Positions 39,450 through 51,093 of a stretch of 64,000 bases of DNA are shown in pieces (the stretch's first letter is position 1; each line of letters begins with the position of its first letter). This DNA comes from Camelus ferus. Its lineage: Eukaryota. The notes beneath the pieces were generated by a model. That model was not told the origin of the DNA. It saw only the letters and a list, made by a program, of their open reading frames with translations, and made no database searches. Position numbers and translations under genes: made by a program. Location: positions 105,836,001 through 105,900,000 of the forward strand of contig NC_045697.1 in the NCBI RefSeq assembly GCF_009834535.1, written 5' to 3'.

Positions 39450-40472
39450 TATAAATAAAGGCAAGAAAACATGAAGCCTACAAAAAGTCTCTGCAGGTTT
39501 CAAGATGAAAACAGAGTAACTATCTAAGATGCAGAGGACGTGTTGTTACTTTGAAAAGAATCTACTTTAGAAGGATTTGTCGTCTCGTTAAGACCTAGGG
39601 AAATTTGTATGCTAGGAAACAAAGAAGATGAGATATAACCACAAGTAATATTTTAAAAAATGGGTGAAATAAGAAAAGAGTATAAAAACATAAATAAAAT
39701 ATGATCCCCCAAATTAAAATCAGATTTAGAATAAGGAAGAAGCAACGCTGCAGAGAAAAGAATTCATGTTGCAAAAGGTAACTAGAAAAGCTTTCCCAAA
39801 ATGTGGAGAAAAACAACAAAGAGATCGAATGGGAGGGAAGATGGAAGCTATAAAGGTCAGGGCATTCAGATCCAACACACAGATCACAAGTATGCATAAT
39901 TAGACCAACATATTTAAAAAACAAATTAAAAGGAAATTTCCAGAGATAAAAGACACTGCAGATAAGAATGACACACTTTGTACCAGAAAACACATTGGTA
40001 ATACTTAATCAATACCTAGGTAGATCCTGGTGATATTTTTAAATAAAACAAATTAATGACAATATTTTAAATAGATTTACTAAATAATTCCAGAAATAAA
40101 TAAGAAACAAAAATTGAATGTGCAGAATGACAACATTGTATATATAAAACTTATGAGATGTAGACAAGGTAGTTTAGGAGAAAATCTATGAATCTGATTC
40201 TTTTCATTGATCAAGAAGAAGTACAGAAACTACTCTCAGAGAAAAGAAATAATTTATGTACTCAACCAAATCCACTTAAAGAAACGGATGGAAGAGTGAA
40301 ATACCAGAAAATATCTTCATGACCTGGGAGGCCAGGACGGGTTTCTCTTACAAGACTCAAAGTACTTTTACAAAGGAAGAGTTGACAACTCTGATTAAAT
40401 TCTCATTAAAATTTTATGTACGTCGAAAAGCACTATTTAAAAAAGAGGAAAAGACAAAACGTAGGCTTAAAA

Positions 40473-40507
<35 letters not shown>

Positions 40508-41535
40508 TGGGTATGACCAACTCAAAGAAGGACATTCCAGAAATTTAAAGAACTCAAAATCAATAACAAAAGACTACGTGATAGAAACTAGGAAAAAGAT
40601 ACAAATAGGCAAGTCAAGAAACAAGATCTGAACATACAGTAAATATGAAAATATATGCAGTCTCACTAGTAATCATGGGAATGCAAACTGATATAAAAGA
40701 AAATTACATGGACAAAAACCAAGTTTGACAAGTAAAGACGGACGAGGAACAGGAGGAGATCTAATTCTCTGCAGCTGGGGGGGGTGAATCAGCACACTTG
40801 GTAATAAACTAGACAATTTAGTAAGATCGAAGGACCAAGTATCCTATTACCTAGAATTTCACTCCTAGATATATAGGGAATAAAGGTTGTGAGGGAGAAA
40901 AAAAGATTGTGCTTGCACACGCATGCACCTTTGTGTGGGTGTGTGTCCATGCACACAAGTTTGGTGGGGTAAGAGATGGAGACACTTGTAAGTGATTTAC
41001 AGATAACTGTATAGATAACATAGTTATAAAAATAACATGGGGGTGTTACACATTCAGGTATGTGGAGATGTTAGACACATGTTCAGATATGTTCAGAGTA
41101 TTTTGGGGACAAAGGGAGGAAAATGAAATATAAGGAGCAATACACAGGGCTTTCATTTGAATATGTAATATATTGTTTTTTAAATTAGGTGAGTAGATTG
41201 CTTTATTCTCTACCCTTTTTTGATATGCCTTAAAAATTAATAGGGCTGATGTCAGTTTAAAGAATTAAGATAGAGCCATAAATTTATGAATTAGAAACAG
41301 AAAATGACAGAATCGATCAACTAGCCCAAGATCTTGGCCTTTTTGAAGATAAGTTTAAACCTGAATAAAAACAACAGAAAACACACGTGTATGATATTAG
41401 ACATGACAAAGACAGACCATGATAGACGGGATGTTTTAAAATTTAAAAGAACATCATTTGATCAGTTTTAATAAGCATGAATATTTCAGTGAAGTAGACA
41501 ATTTTTTAGGGAAATGAACCTAACTCAAATGGATG
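39450..41535 (+). mobile_element. Patchwork of very old LINE-1 fragments (ORF1, ORF2, 3' end)
   Basis: A-rich L1-like blocks ('ggaaatttccagagataaaagacac', 'taaaacttatgagatgtag', 'tctcactagtaatcatgggaatgcaaact', 'gaatttcactcctagatatata'). Confidence 0.6.
40475..40506. repeat. (TG)16 microsatellite
   Basis: Read directly. Confidence 0.95.
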
Positions 41536-42689
41536 TGAGATGTACTGGTCCTCTAAAATGAGATGCTCCGCTGGGACCCCCACCTAGTCCACATCCTGTG
41601 ACAGCCCAGTACTCTTTCAAATAATCAACATTTCTGGGAAACTCAAGTTCTCTGGTCCCATCTGTCCTTGGGTTCCCTGCTGACTCTCTCTTCTTCACTG
41701 TGTTGACCTAGACTTATAATTTATACTCATCCTCAGTTCCTGCCAAAAAATTAAAATCACTTTTATAGGATATTTTAATGTATCAAAGATTTACTAAAAA
41801 TTGGATGACCAAGTTAAATATCCCCAAACAAAATAATAGGCAAAAATGCCATTTGGCCATCATGTGACCAGGGAAATTTCCTTAATTATTTGCCTATCAC
41901 AGCCCTCATCTCTCACCATCTCTTTGACTTCCTTCTCTTACCTCTGCCTTCTCTTGACCCTGCTTTCTTCTCTCTCTTCACTGTACAGGACAAGGATAAT
42001 GCCTCTCATTTTCTCACACATATAACTCATGATCTCTTAGTTTCTGCTAACACCTATGACTTCTGGGTCTCACATCCTATACCGATGGCTCATCAAGGTA
42101 TTTTCCCAATAGACAGTTAATTGTTTCTAAAAGGGACTCCAGTGACAGATGCTGACATACTTTGTTTCTCATATCCTCAACTATAATTGCCAAAATATAC
42201 TTAAGAGTTGTAAAAACAGTATGTACAGCATTGTCTCATGTATTAAATATGCCAATCACACACATACACACACCACACTCACACACCGCACATGCACACG
42301 CACATGAATATAGTAAGGCCTTTGCAGAGATACTGACTATATTAACAGCTGGTGATATTCTGTTTCTATTTTTGAATATTATTCAAATAATTAGAAAAGT
42401 GCACTAAATAAGTAAAAGTATGCACAGAGTATTCCTTAAATATCCATACTTTCTGCCAGTGCAGCTTCTATCACATGTCTAGGACGAATACTGCTTGCCA
42501 TCGTACTGCCTCCAGCAAGGCTTCCCTGACCTAGCTTCAGGGGACTTAGGTGGAGGTAGGATGCCCTGTTCAGCAGGCCTGACACCCTGAAACTGTGACA
42601 AGGAATACACTTCATGTCTCTCTCTCTATGCTATATGTGCTCCTGTCCCTAGATTAGTCTCCTTCCCTATCAATTAGGAAAAGTGACAT

Positions 42690-42912
42690 TTTCTCATGAA
42701 CCCTTCCTACGACCCTGGGCTTTCCTGGTGTCCCTGTGACATATTCTCATAGCAATCTTTATAGAGCCTTTTTTTAAAAAATTACTCCCATTGTAATTTA
42801 AGCTCCATGAGAGCAGGATTATGTTTCTCTTGGTTCCTACTCTATTTCTGGACTTTAACAAGTGCTTAGTGAATAAATGAAGAGATGGATAGATGGACGG
42901 ATGGATGGATAA
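42690..42912 (+). mobile_element. LINE-2 3' end with (GGAT)n tail
   Basis: 'taagctccatgagagcaggattatgtttctc..aagtgcttagtgaataaatgaa..gatggatagatggacggatggatggat'. Confidence 0.75.
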
Positions 42913-43189
42913 CCAGAACTGCTTAAAATTTTTTCTCTCTTCTTTAAGTCTATTCACTGGTTCTTGCAGCCAAAAATCAGTTCAGCCAGTGCTCTCACTG
43001 AAATAAACTCTGATGGAGAAGATCTAAGGGAAGTGGAAAGCATTTCAATAAAATTAAGGAGGTAATTTAATAGGAATTCAATATCAGACTTAAAAGAATT
43101 TTAACCGAAAGACTTTTCTTCATTCTCTTCCATTCTGGCTTGCTTTTCTCAGAAACCCAGGCTCAAGGAAAGATCTGAGTCCTTTTCTT

Positions 43190-44600
43190 GTCATTACTCT
43201 TAACGACTTCATGTTTGATTCCTTTGTCTCATGGTGACTCTGCAAATTCCTATCTGCTTCGTGCTGATGGCTGCACACTTGTGTGCCTGCTCCCTGGACC
43301 ATCACACAGCACTGTTCCTCAAATGAATACTTCCTTGGAGTGCCCCTCTCTGCATATGCCAATGATCACATTTTCTCACCAAATGCATTAGTTTGATTTT
43401 CCATATGCCTACAATCACTCAGATCCTCACAACATTATCTAAAACAGCATCACCCTAATGTGGGAAAGCTCTCCCTCCTGCCTTCGAATCTGTGACACTA
43501 ATGTCCATTCTTTCTTTTCCAGCCCCCATGTTCTGTTGACAACAGCTCTAAGCCACTGGGTCCTTTCTTTAAAAAAAAAAACAAATTCCCTGACTGTGCT
43601 CTTTCTTTTTCATCTCCCCTGCCCTTGGTCTCCTGACATCCACGCTTCCCCAAGGTCATTCTGCATAATATTTATTTCATGGCTAATTGGCCCTCATCAA
43701 TCTTTTGATGAGAACATTCTTCTTTACAAAACCTCCCAAAGCTTCTCCTTGTCTTAGAACCTATAAATATAAAATTCTCCATATCTAGCTAGGCATTCTG
43801 TAGTGCAGCTATAGTATCCATGTGCAGACTGTTTCCCCCTAATCCTTAATATTGACTCCAGACTACAATCACACCACTGGCCCCATTCCTGCCTTCCTGA
43901 ATTTGTTATGTAGTTAGATAAGTGAGGGCACCGGGCAGACAGGTGGAGGAGGGGGAGGATGGTCTGGAAGATGGCATTGTGTCTGCTTCCAGCATAAAGG
44001 GACTTTACTTCTTCTAAATGAGTGCCGGCAAGAAACCAGTTAGAACCCGGCAGCCACAACCTTGCAGCAGCAGAAAGGACCTGACCGGACATGACCCAGT
44101 GCTCATTGTATTACAATTAACGTTGCAGTTTAGAACCCCACCCCACCCCGGCCTTGGGTTTTCTCTACACACCTTGGGTAAGGACATGCACAAAGGGGCC
44201 AAACATGACTAAGCATTCCAGGGACAAAAGCTGTCAATCAATCAAAAGAGCACCTCTAAGCAAGTGTGTAAGGGAGAGGGGAGACAAAAACCGCAGGTCG
44301 TCCTCCCTTGGGTCAATCCGCAGCCTGTTCATGGAGGTGTACTCTTCCTTTTTTAAATAAATCTTTCAAAATCTTTTGCTACACAATGCACTGTCTCCTG
44401 ACTATAAACTTATCTGTTGGGCATGACAAGAACTGGGGTCTTTACCTTTTGGGGTAGCAGATTCACTTCTGCTGCTATTGCCCTTTTCAGAATAGTCCTC
44501 CACTCTGCTCTCCACTGATCCAAATTCCATGAACTTTAACAAGGTCAAATGCCATATACTCAAAGCCTTTCTTCGGAGTTAGCGCATACCAGTTTTTGTT
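43190..44600 (+). mobile_element. LINE-2 3' region split by a solo LTR
   Basis: L2-like pyrimidine-rich sequence on both sides of 43904-44459 that reads colinearly across the LTR. Confidence 0.55.
43904..44459 (+). mobile_element. ERV1-like solo LTR
   Basis: Termini TGTTA...TAGCA, AATAAA at about 44356, 4-bp flanks aatt/gatt (one mismatch). GC-richer than its surroundings and retains CpGs. Confidence 0.8.
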
Positions 44601-45189
44601 ACCAGGACCTCCTCTTCTATTTTATATTTGATGCCAGGTCATTAATCTAAATGTTCCATGTATGTTAGATCTACCTCCCAAATTCAGCTCTCTGCTTCCT
44701 CATGGAAATACGTATTAGACTTCCTCTGGATCACCTGTTGAACCACAACAGTGCCACGGACTTAATGAAACCTAGTAAGTGTAGTGTTGACTGCAAAATA
44801 AAGATGCCTTCCTTCCACTGGCTGAACAGTTGAAAGTGGATATTGCAAGGAATGAAAGGAATTGAGTTAGGAAAATAGTAGGGAAACAGTGCATAGTTTA
44901 TGAACAAGGCAGATTTGAAGACTAAAGAGTTTTGCAAACTATTTCAAGCCTGAGCCAGTGTTACCATGACCGAGCTTGTCAACAACCCTGATGGGACTAG
45001 CTCCCCACCTGCTGCAGTAAGGAAGCATTTGGAGCTCAGAAAGAATGAATGGCAGCTTCAAATAAGACTTTTATTTTTTTAACATTACACACCTTTGCAT
45101 TTATTAATATACTTTTGAGAGCCCCTAGCTGATCTCTGGGCAGGCTTTCCTGTCAACCTGTGAAAGAATGTGAGCGAAGGGTTGATGGG

Positions 45190-45318
45190 CACTTTGACAG
45201 AAGAAGACAGACACAGAGAGGAATGTCTTGCCAAATCTCTAACAGTGATACAACTGGGAATAGAAACCAGGTCCCATGCCTTACCATCTGGTGTTCTACC
45301 AGCTAGACCACACTGTCT
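45190..45318 (-). mobile_element. MIR fragment
   Basis: 'ctgggaatagaaaccaggtccc..tggtgttctaccagctagaccacactg'. Confidence 0.6.
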
Positions 45319-46678
45319 CTTGAAATTGCCAGCCTGGACTAATAATTGCACATGTGACATAGTTCTGGTCTTCCTCTCTCTGTGCTGTTGTAGATGAGAC
45401 AGCTCTTCCCTCGGGCAGGGTAGAAATTTGCGTGTCTATCTATACAAATTTATAATCAGTGATGTGGCTTCTGTATACACAGCAAGGCAGAGACAAAAAA
45501 TCATTTATTTCAATGCTATAAGAAAATTAAGAAATTCTTGGTGCAAGATGGGGAGATATTAAATTACAAATTATTTAAAGGAATGTATTTTGAAAATCGG
45601 CTAATCTTCCATGTTAACTCGTAGACATCTGTGTCTTTCTGCTAAAGTCCAAGCTACTCTATTCAACAAAGCAGGATTGTGTGCACACAGGACTTGTATA
45701 GCTTCATGTTTGTGCTGAATCACAATTACAGAAAGAAGAATGCTGGTTCTTTCCATCCACTTTTCTGGCCACGTGACAGCTACTTGGTGACATGTGCACT
45801 CACATACTTGGTTCCCCGTGGTTCAGACATTGTGCTCCTTTGATTCAGACTGAGATAAGTATTTTCTACTTAATTTAAGGAAAATGAAAGCTTAGGACAA
45901 AGTAAAATATACTTCTTTGTTTAGTTACCATATCAGGAATCTATTTGGGGTTGTAAAATGGAGAAAACATTTGATTTACTAGCATTTCAACCTTTACTCT
46001 TTCAAATATCTATGTGTGCTTCAGACCTACAACCACGTGGGCTGTGCTTATGCATATGCTTAAAGCATCTTTGATGGTGGCAGTTGTAACCATGTCTATA
46101 GGAATGGATCTGAAGACCACACCTGCTGAGGAGTGGCAGAGAGGCTGGGTTAGTTCTCTGAAATGATTTCTTATCAATAGTATATTCTTTTCTTTACACC
46201 TTTATGAATTGTCTGAAATACCCACCATGATAAAGAGAAAAACTGTGGAAGAAGAATTCTTCACTTGATGAGAATTAAGGGTTGAAGCAGGATGGGGTGA
46301 CTGAGAAGGGATATCATACGACACAGATCAAGGGGGGCATTTAAGGTCAGCAAGCGCCGGGAGGTGGTGGAGAGCAGAGGAGGAAACGCAATAGCAGGAT
46401 GCGAGGAGCATCCCCCAGAGCTGACCCGTCTCCAGAAGGAAACAGCATCACTGCCCCTCTTGTTCCCTGCTGCCCTCATTCCTAAACATGGTTTGCCCTA
46501 CTCACTGATTCTTTTTAGAGGAAAAGGTAAGGTTTTACAATTTCTTGCAATAGTGCACTTGAACTAGACATGAAACATACAACATGGAAAACTATTTCAG
46601 CCCCTGAATTAATGCACTGAAGTGTAAAATGGGGCTGGCAGTGATCCAAATAGAAAAGAAATCTGAAATGATAAGAGA

Positions 46679-46748
46679 TATATATAAATATATATATACA
46701 CACACACACACACACATATATATACACACATACACACACATATATATA
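46679..46748. repeat. Compound (TA)n/(CA)n microsatellite
   Basis: Read directly. Confidence 0.9.
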
Positions 46749-47897
46749 ATCTCTTTAAGAGCGTAAAGCTGTGTAAGAGTGGCTATGGAGAAAGGGAGGG
46801 AAGAAGAAAGGGGCAAGTGTAGTTGGTAAAAAAAAAAACATAAAAACTTTAAGTCAGAATTTAGGATAAAGAATATTTGGGGGGGAAAGTAAATTATAAA
46901 GTAAATAGATGAACACAGGAAGGGCATGTTTATAAAATCTTAGTAAATATACTGAACAGGAAGAGAAAGACTGCACTGAGATAAGAGGAGAGCAGTATTT
47001 CAGGGAATAGAACATCTCGGTCAAGGGCCATATATTTAGGCTATTGGGAAAAAAAGCCATTGTCCAGGATCGTTCAAGTATAAGTAAAGAACTATCTTGC
47101 TTGGTTGTTAAAAACGCTGATAATTTTTATTGGATTTTCTTAAGTCATTTCAATATTTAGTCAAGATGAGACAGATGAAATGCTGAGGGCAATTTTGGGA
47201 AGGGCTGGTGAAGGAAATCCTGAGTCCCACCTTCCCGGCCCCGCCTCTGTGCTGACCTGCAGAGCGTCTTCACTGGGATAAAGGACGGAAAGCCTCATGG
47301 GCGTTCCGAGCTCCTTCCCTCTCCCCACTTCTCTCCCCTGCTTCCCACTTCTGTTTTGCAGCCATGTTGACCCCTTCACTCACTCACTCCCTGCCCCGGA
47401 GAACTCGCCATCACTCCCTTACCTCTTCTCAGATCTTTCTCCTCAATGGGAATAGCATTTCCCCTCCTTCCCTAGGTCACACATCATAGCTTTGTGCATA
47501 TTTCTAAATAGTCACTATAGTCCAAGCAGAGGTGTTGTTTGTTAATTTTCTTCAGAACATCCAATGGGTTGTGCTTTTCTTGGGTTGAATTTATTTTCTC
47601 TTATTTTATTCTGATGAATCAATTTTTCATGTCATGTGCTGTATTTCATAAAGTACGATTGTGATAAGATGTGTGAATGCAAAGTCGCTTTGACACTATA
47701 TAGACTTTTCTAAGTTGGCTAGGTAGGTGATAAGCTAGTGATGGCTGAGAGGTGAGGCTTAATAAATGTCCATTATTTCATAAATAAGAAGGATAGCTAT
47801 CCTAGATCTAGTATTGAGCACTTACAATGTACCAGGTTTGGGACCAGATGCTTGATTTTGGTAATCATAACCATAAGAATCATCATTATAACAATAC

Positions 47898-48005
47898 CTT
47901 TCCTTTCCTTCTTTCTTTTTCTTTCTTTCTTCCTCCCTTCCCTCCCCTCCCCCTTCCTTCCTTCCTTTCTTCCTTCTTCCCTTCGACTTCCTCTCTTTCT
48001 TTTTT
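47898..48005. repeat. CT-rich polypyrimidine low-complexity tract
   Basis: About 108 nt that are almost purely C/T. Confidence 0.9.
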
Positions 48006-49336
48006 ATATTTTTATGAGGAGAGGAAGCTTAGTAATTCCATGATTTAAAAGCATTTAAAATTGTTTCTCTTTGTGTTGCATTCTATAAATCAAGGTCAAA
48101 ACAATGCAAACTTTAGGCTTGCAGAAGGCAGGCAGTAACTTGATCTCTATGATATTTAAAAAATAAAAGTTATTTTATTCAAGTGCCATATATGTGTTAA
48201 AGCCCCAGGTTTAAACACTTACATCCGATTATAGAGTCTAGACTTCTTTCCAACCAACCCTAAGCCTTCTAAGTCAGTGGATAACTTGGAATAATTTACT
48301 AAGCTGGATCCTGGACTCAGTTATCAATGACTTCAGAACATCACTCAGTAATGCTTGGTGAACAATTAGTGACAACAGATTCTGCTCTGTTTTTAAGCTC
48401 TGCTTCTTTTCAGGTACCTACTCTTATTGTAGAGCATGGGTCCTACAACTCACAATCTCCATGACTCAAGAAAAATCACAGGCTAAAATCTGAGCTTCTC
48501 ATCTGTGTTTCAAATGTGGCTAAGTATTTTTATAGCCTCTCAGTCACAGACCAGATGTGTACATAGCGTTTCGGTCAGGCACGTGCTCGGTCTTTTCACC
48601 TCTTTGTTATGGCTGGTTGATAATCCTTGGCAAACTATACATTTTCACTTGATTATTCAAATTCTCTCAGTGTCTAGCTAATATTATGTTTCTTTTTATG
48701 ATGATAAAAACATGTGATGTCTAGTTCCAGGAGGCAAAATCTTCAGTTTGCTTTCGTGCTTTAAATGTTTTCTTATATCTTGGGATTAATTCAGCATTCA
48801 CCAGTATTTTCTCCTAATTTTTAGATTATTTGTAACAACAATTCTGGTGATCCAGGTCAGATTGTATCTAGCTAGCTAGCTAGATATCTGTATTACAAAA
48901 GATTGAATAATACAATTTATTTTGCTCTAAGTGGCCAATTTACCAACACTAGTAGTTTACAGTATTTTCTGACTCTTGAATTCCAAAATCTGTTTGAGGA
49001 TTATCTACTCTGTTGTTCCCTTGATTCTTATGTCAGTATCACACTGTTGCTAGTTATTGGCTCTTAGAATAAGTCTACTTGTTCTAGTATTTAATTTTTT
49101 TTATTATTATTTGGACAGTTCCCCACTGCTTACCTTCTTTTTTTTTCAAATGTATCTTTGAACAATGTTTCCAAGCAAATTCCACAGAGACTTTGTTTGG
49201 AGATTGTATTTTGAAGATACAAATTTATTTGGGAAGAATTGGCCCCATTATAGTATGAATATTCTCAATAGAGTCATCTAAATTTTGTGTCTGTGAAACT
49301 TGTTTCCTCTTTGATATTATTTTGGGGAAAAATGGC

Positions 49337-50911
49337 TGTGATGAAATTCTCAACTACTGCAAGTAGTGATTGTCTGCTTCCTGGATGGGCAGGACCTTTA
49401 CCTCTCTTTTATGTCACAAACTATTTGTTCAAGATGGAACTTGCTTTTGAGGTAAACAGGAATCCAAAGGCTGACCGAAATCAACAGTTCTGGGTACAGG
49501 CTTGGTCAAGAAGGGAGGTAACACACCTGGACTTGAAGAAGAACCCCCTGTATGTCTGGCCAGAGGTCTGTCTGCCCATGAGGTCACTCATCATGCCTGT
49601 TCTTTCTTGTATATATTACCGAACAGTGGTCCAACTATTCACCCCTCAAAAAATCAATAAGCAAAAGAGGCAATGTTGATAGAAAGGAAAGCTGCTTTTA
49701 ATCAGAATGCCAGCAATCTGGGGAGATGGTGAACTCAGTGTCTTCCAAAAGCCATCTCCAAAGAGTCTGCTCAGTCATGAAAGTTTTAAAGATAAAATGG
49801 GGAAATGGGGAAGTTATCTCAGTTAATCATTGAGATAGGGGTTCAGAGTCGTCACCACCCCAACTGTGTGCAGGCTTGTCAGTTCCTTGTGAATTTCCCT
49901 TAGATGCTCTCTTGTTCACATAGTTTGTTCCAGAGATTATTGAAGAGGAAGCTAAGAAAGAGATCAGGTCATCTGTTAATTACTTATTCTCCATGTCTGC
50001 TTCTTTGATCTGCAGAAAACAGAACCAACAGGTTAGGTAAGGTATGGTGTGATCAAAAGATTTAGAAGATGTGCTTAGGCCTGAAATGAGTAGGGCGTGC
50101 GGGTTCCTGGTTTAAGTTACAATATAGTTTTGCTAAAGTGACGAGAAAAGGGGTTTCCTGCTGGGGCAGTTTCCTGTAAAGAGCTGCGTACATATAGTCT
50201 CCTGCCCTTTAGTGGCTGCCTCTGCTCCATCTCCTCCACCCCACCAGGCACGCTGGCTCAGTGTATGTTTGGATTGAATTAAGGTGCCAGAGGAAGCTTC
50301 GCTCTGGGGCTTCATGGTTGACTTCTCCTCTGTTAGTGAAAGGCCACACGAGAAGGAGGGGATCAAAAGTAAACGTAGGGTCTAGTTTGGAAGGCAAGTG
50401 CTTGTCTTTAATAACTTTTTTAGTACGTAGAAGAGGCTTCATTGCCTCTTGATTTCTCAGAGCTCTCTGATCTACCTATCTTTTTTGTTAGAGATTAAAT
50501 TGCTTTTTAAAGAAGAACACTTCCCACCAGTCACCTTGTGCTCCCTGTGAGCACTGAACACTTTCTCCTTTCTGATGAGAATAGTTTCATTTCAAGGAGA
50601 CAGCTGGAAAGATACAAGCTTAACCATCAACAGATTGCAGGCCTTGTGGTTGAAGAGGTTGAGAGGTCTGTGTGTTCCATTTCTGTCCTCCCACAGTTCC
50701 ATCAGTTGTTGGTAATGTATGTGACGTCGCCAGTCTCTGGTGTCAGGGCATGTTGGCTGTGGGAAATAAACAGCTTTTAAAATGCAAGTTTGGGTTTCTG
50801 ATGGATCTCTGAGTGGGGACAGTTTTGCATGGTTCTTGCCTGTTATGCCTGATTTTTGCATTCTCTGCTCTTTCCCCCTTGTGTTTGTTGACCCCAGATT
50901 GTCCCTGAACA
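49337..50911 (+). mobile_element. Probable old long LTR (about 1 kb net), family not identified, interrupted by a younger LTR
   Basis: Starts TGTGATG and ends CCCTGAACA, with AATAAA at about 50765. Flanks atggc/atgtt are a possible decayed TSD. GC content steps up relative to the flanks. Confidence 0.45.
49614..50192 (-). mobile_element. ERV1-like solo LTR with 4-bp TSD
   Basis: TSD tata at 49610-49613 and 50193-50196. Termini ta(tg)ttacc...gtaca. Antisense ATTAAA within 'gaaaggaaagctgcttttaatcag'. Confidence 0.75.
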
Positions 50912-50991
50912 ATGTTTGGAAATTTGCATCTCAGCAATATTACGGATACAAATACTTTTCCCTCGATGATTGCATTTAAAATACCCATTTC

Positions 50992-51093
50992 ATATGAAAA
51001 TGAATATATGTATGTATATGCATGACTGGGACATTGTGCTGTACACCATAAATTGACACATTGTAACTGATTGTACTTCAATTTAAAAAAAAA
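50992..51093 (+). mobile_element. Young LINE-1 extreme 3' stub
   Basis: 'atgaaaatgaatatatgtatgtatatgcatgactgggacattgtgctgtacacca..tacttcaatttaaaaaaaaa' is the reverse complement of the L1 end at about 6770-6870. Confidence 0.88.

Noticed and set aside
39595..39993. 132-aa hydrophobic ORF as a membrane protein
   Set aside because: It is the antisense reading of A-rich decayed L1, which yields F/L-rich pseudo-transmembrane peptides.
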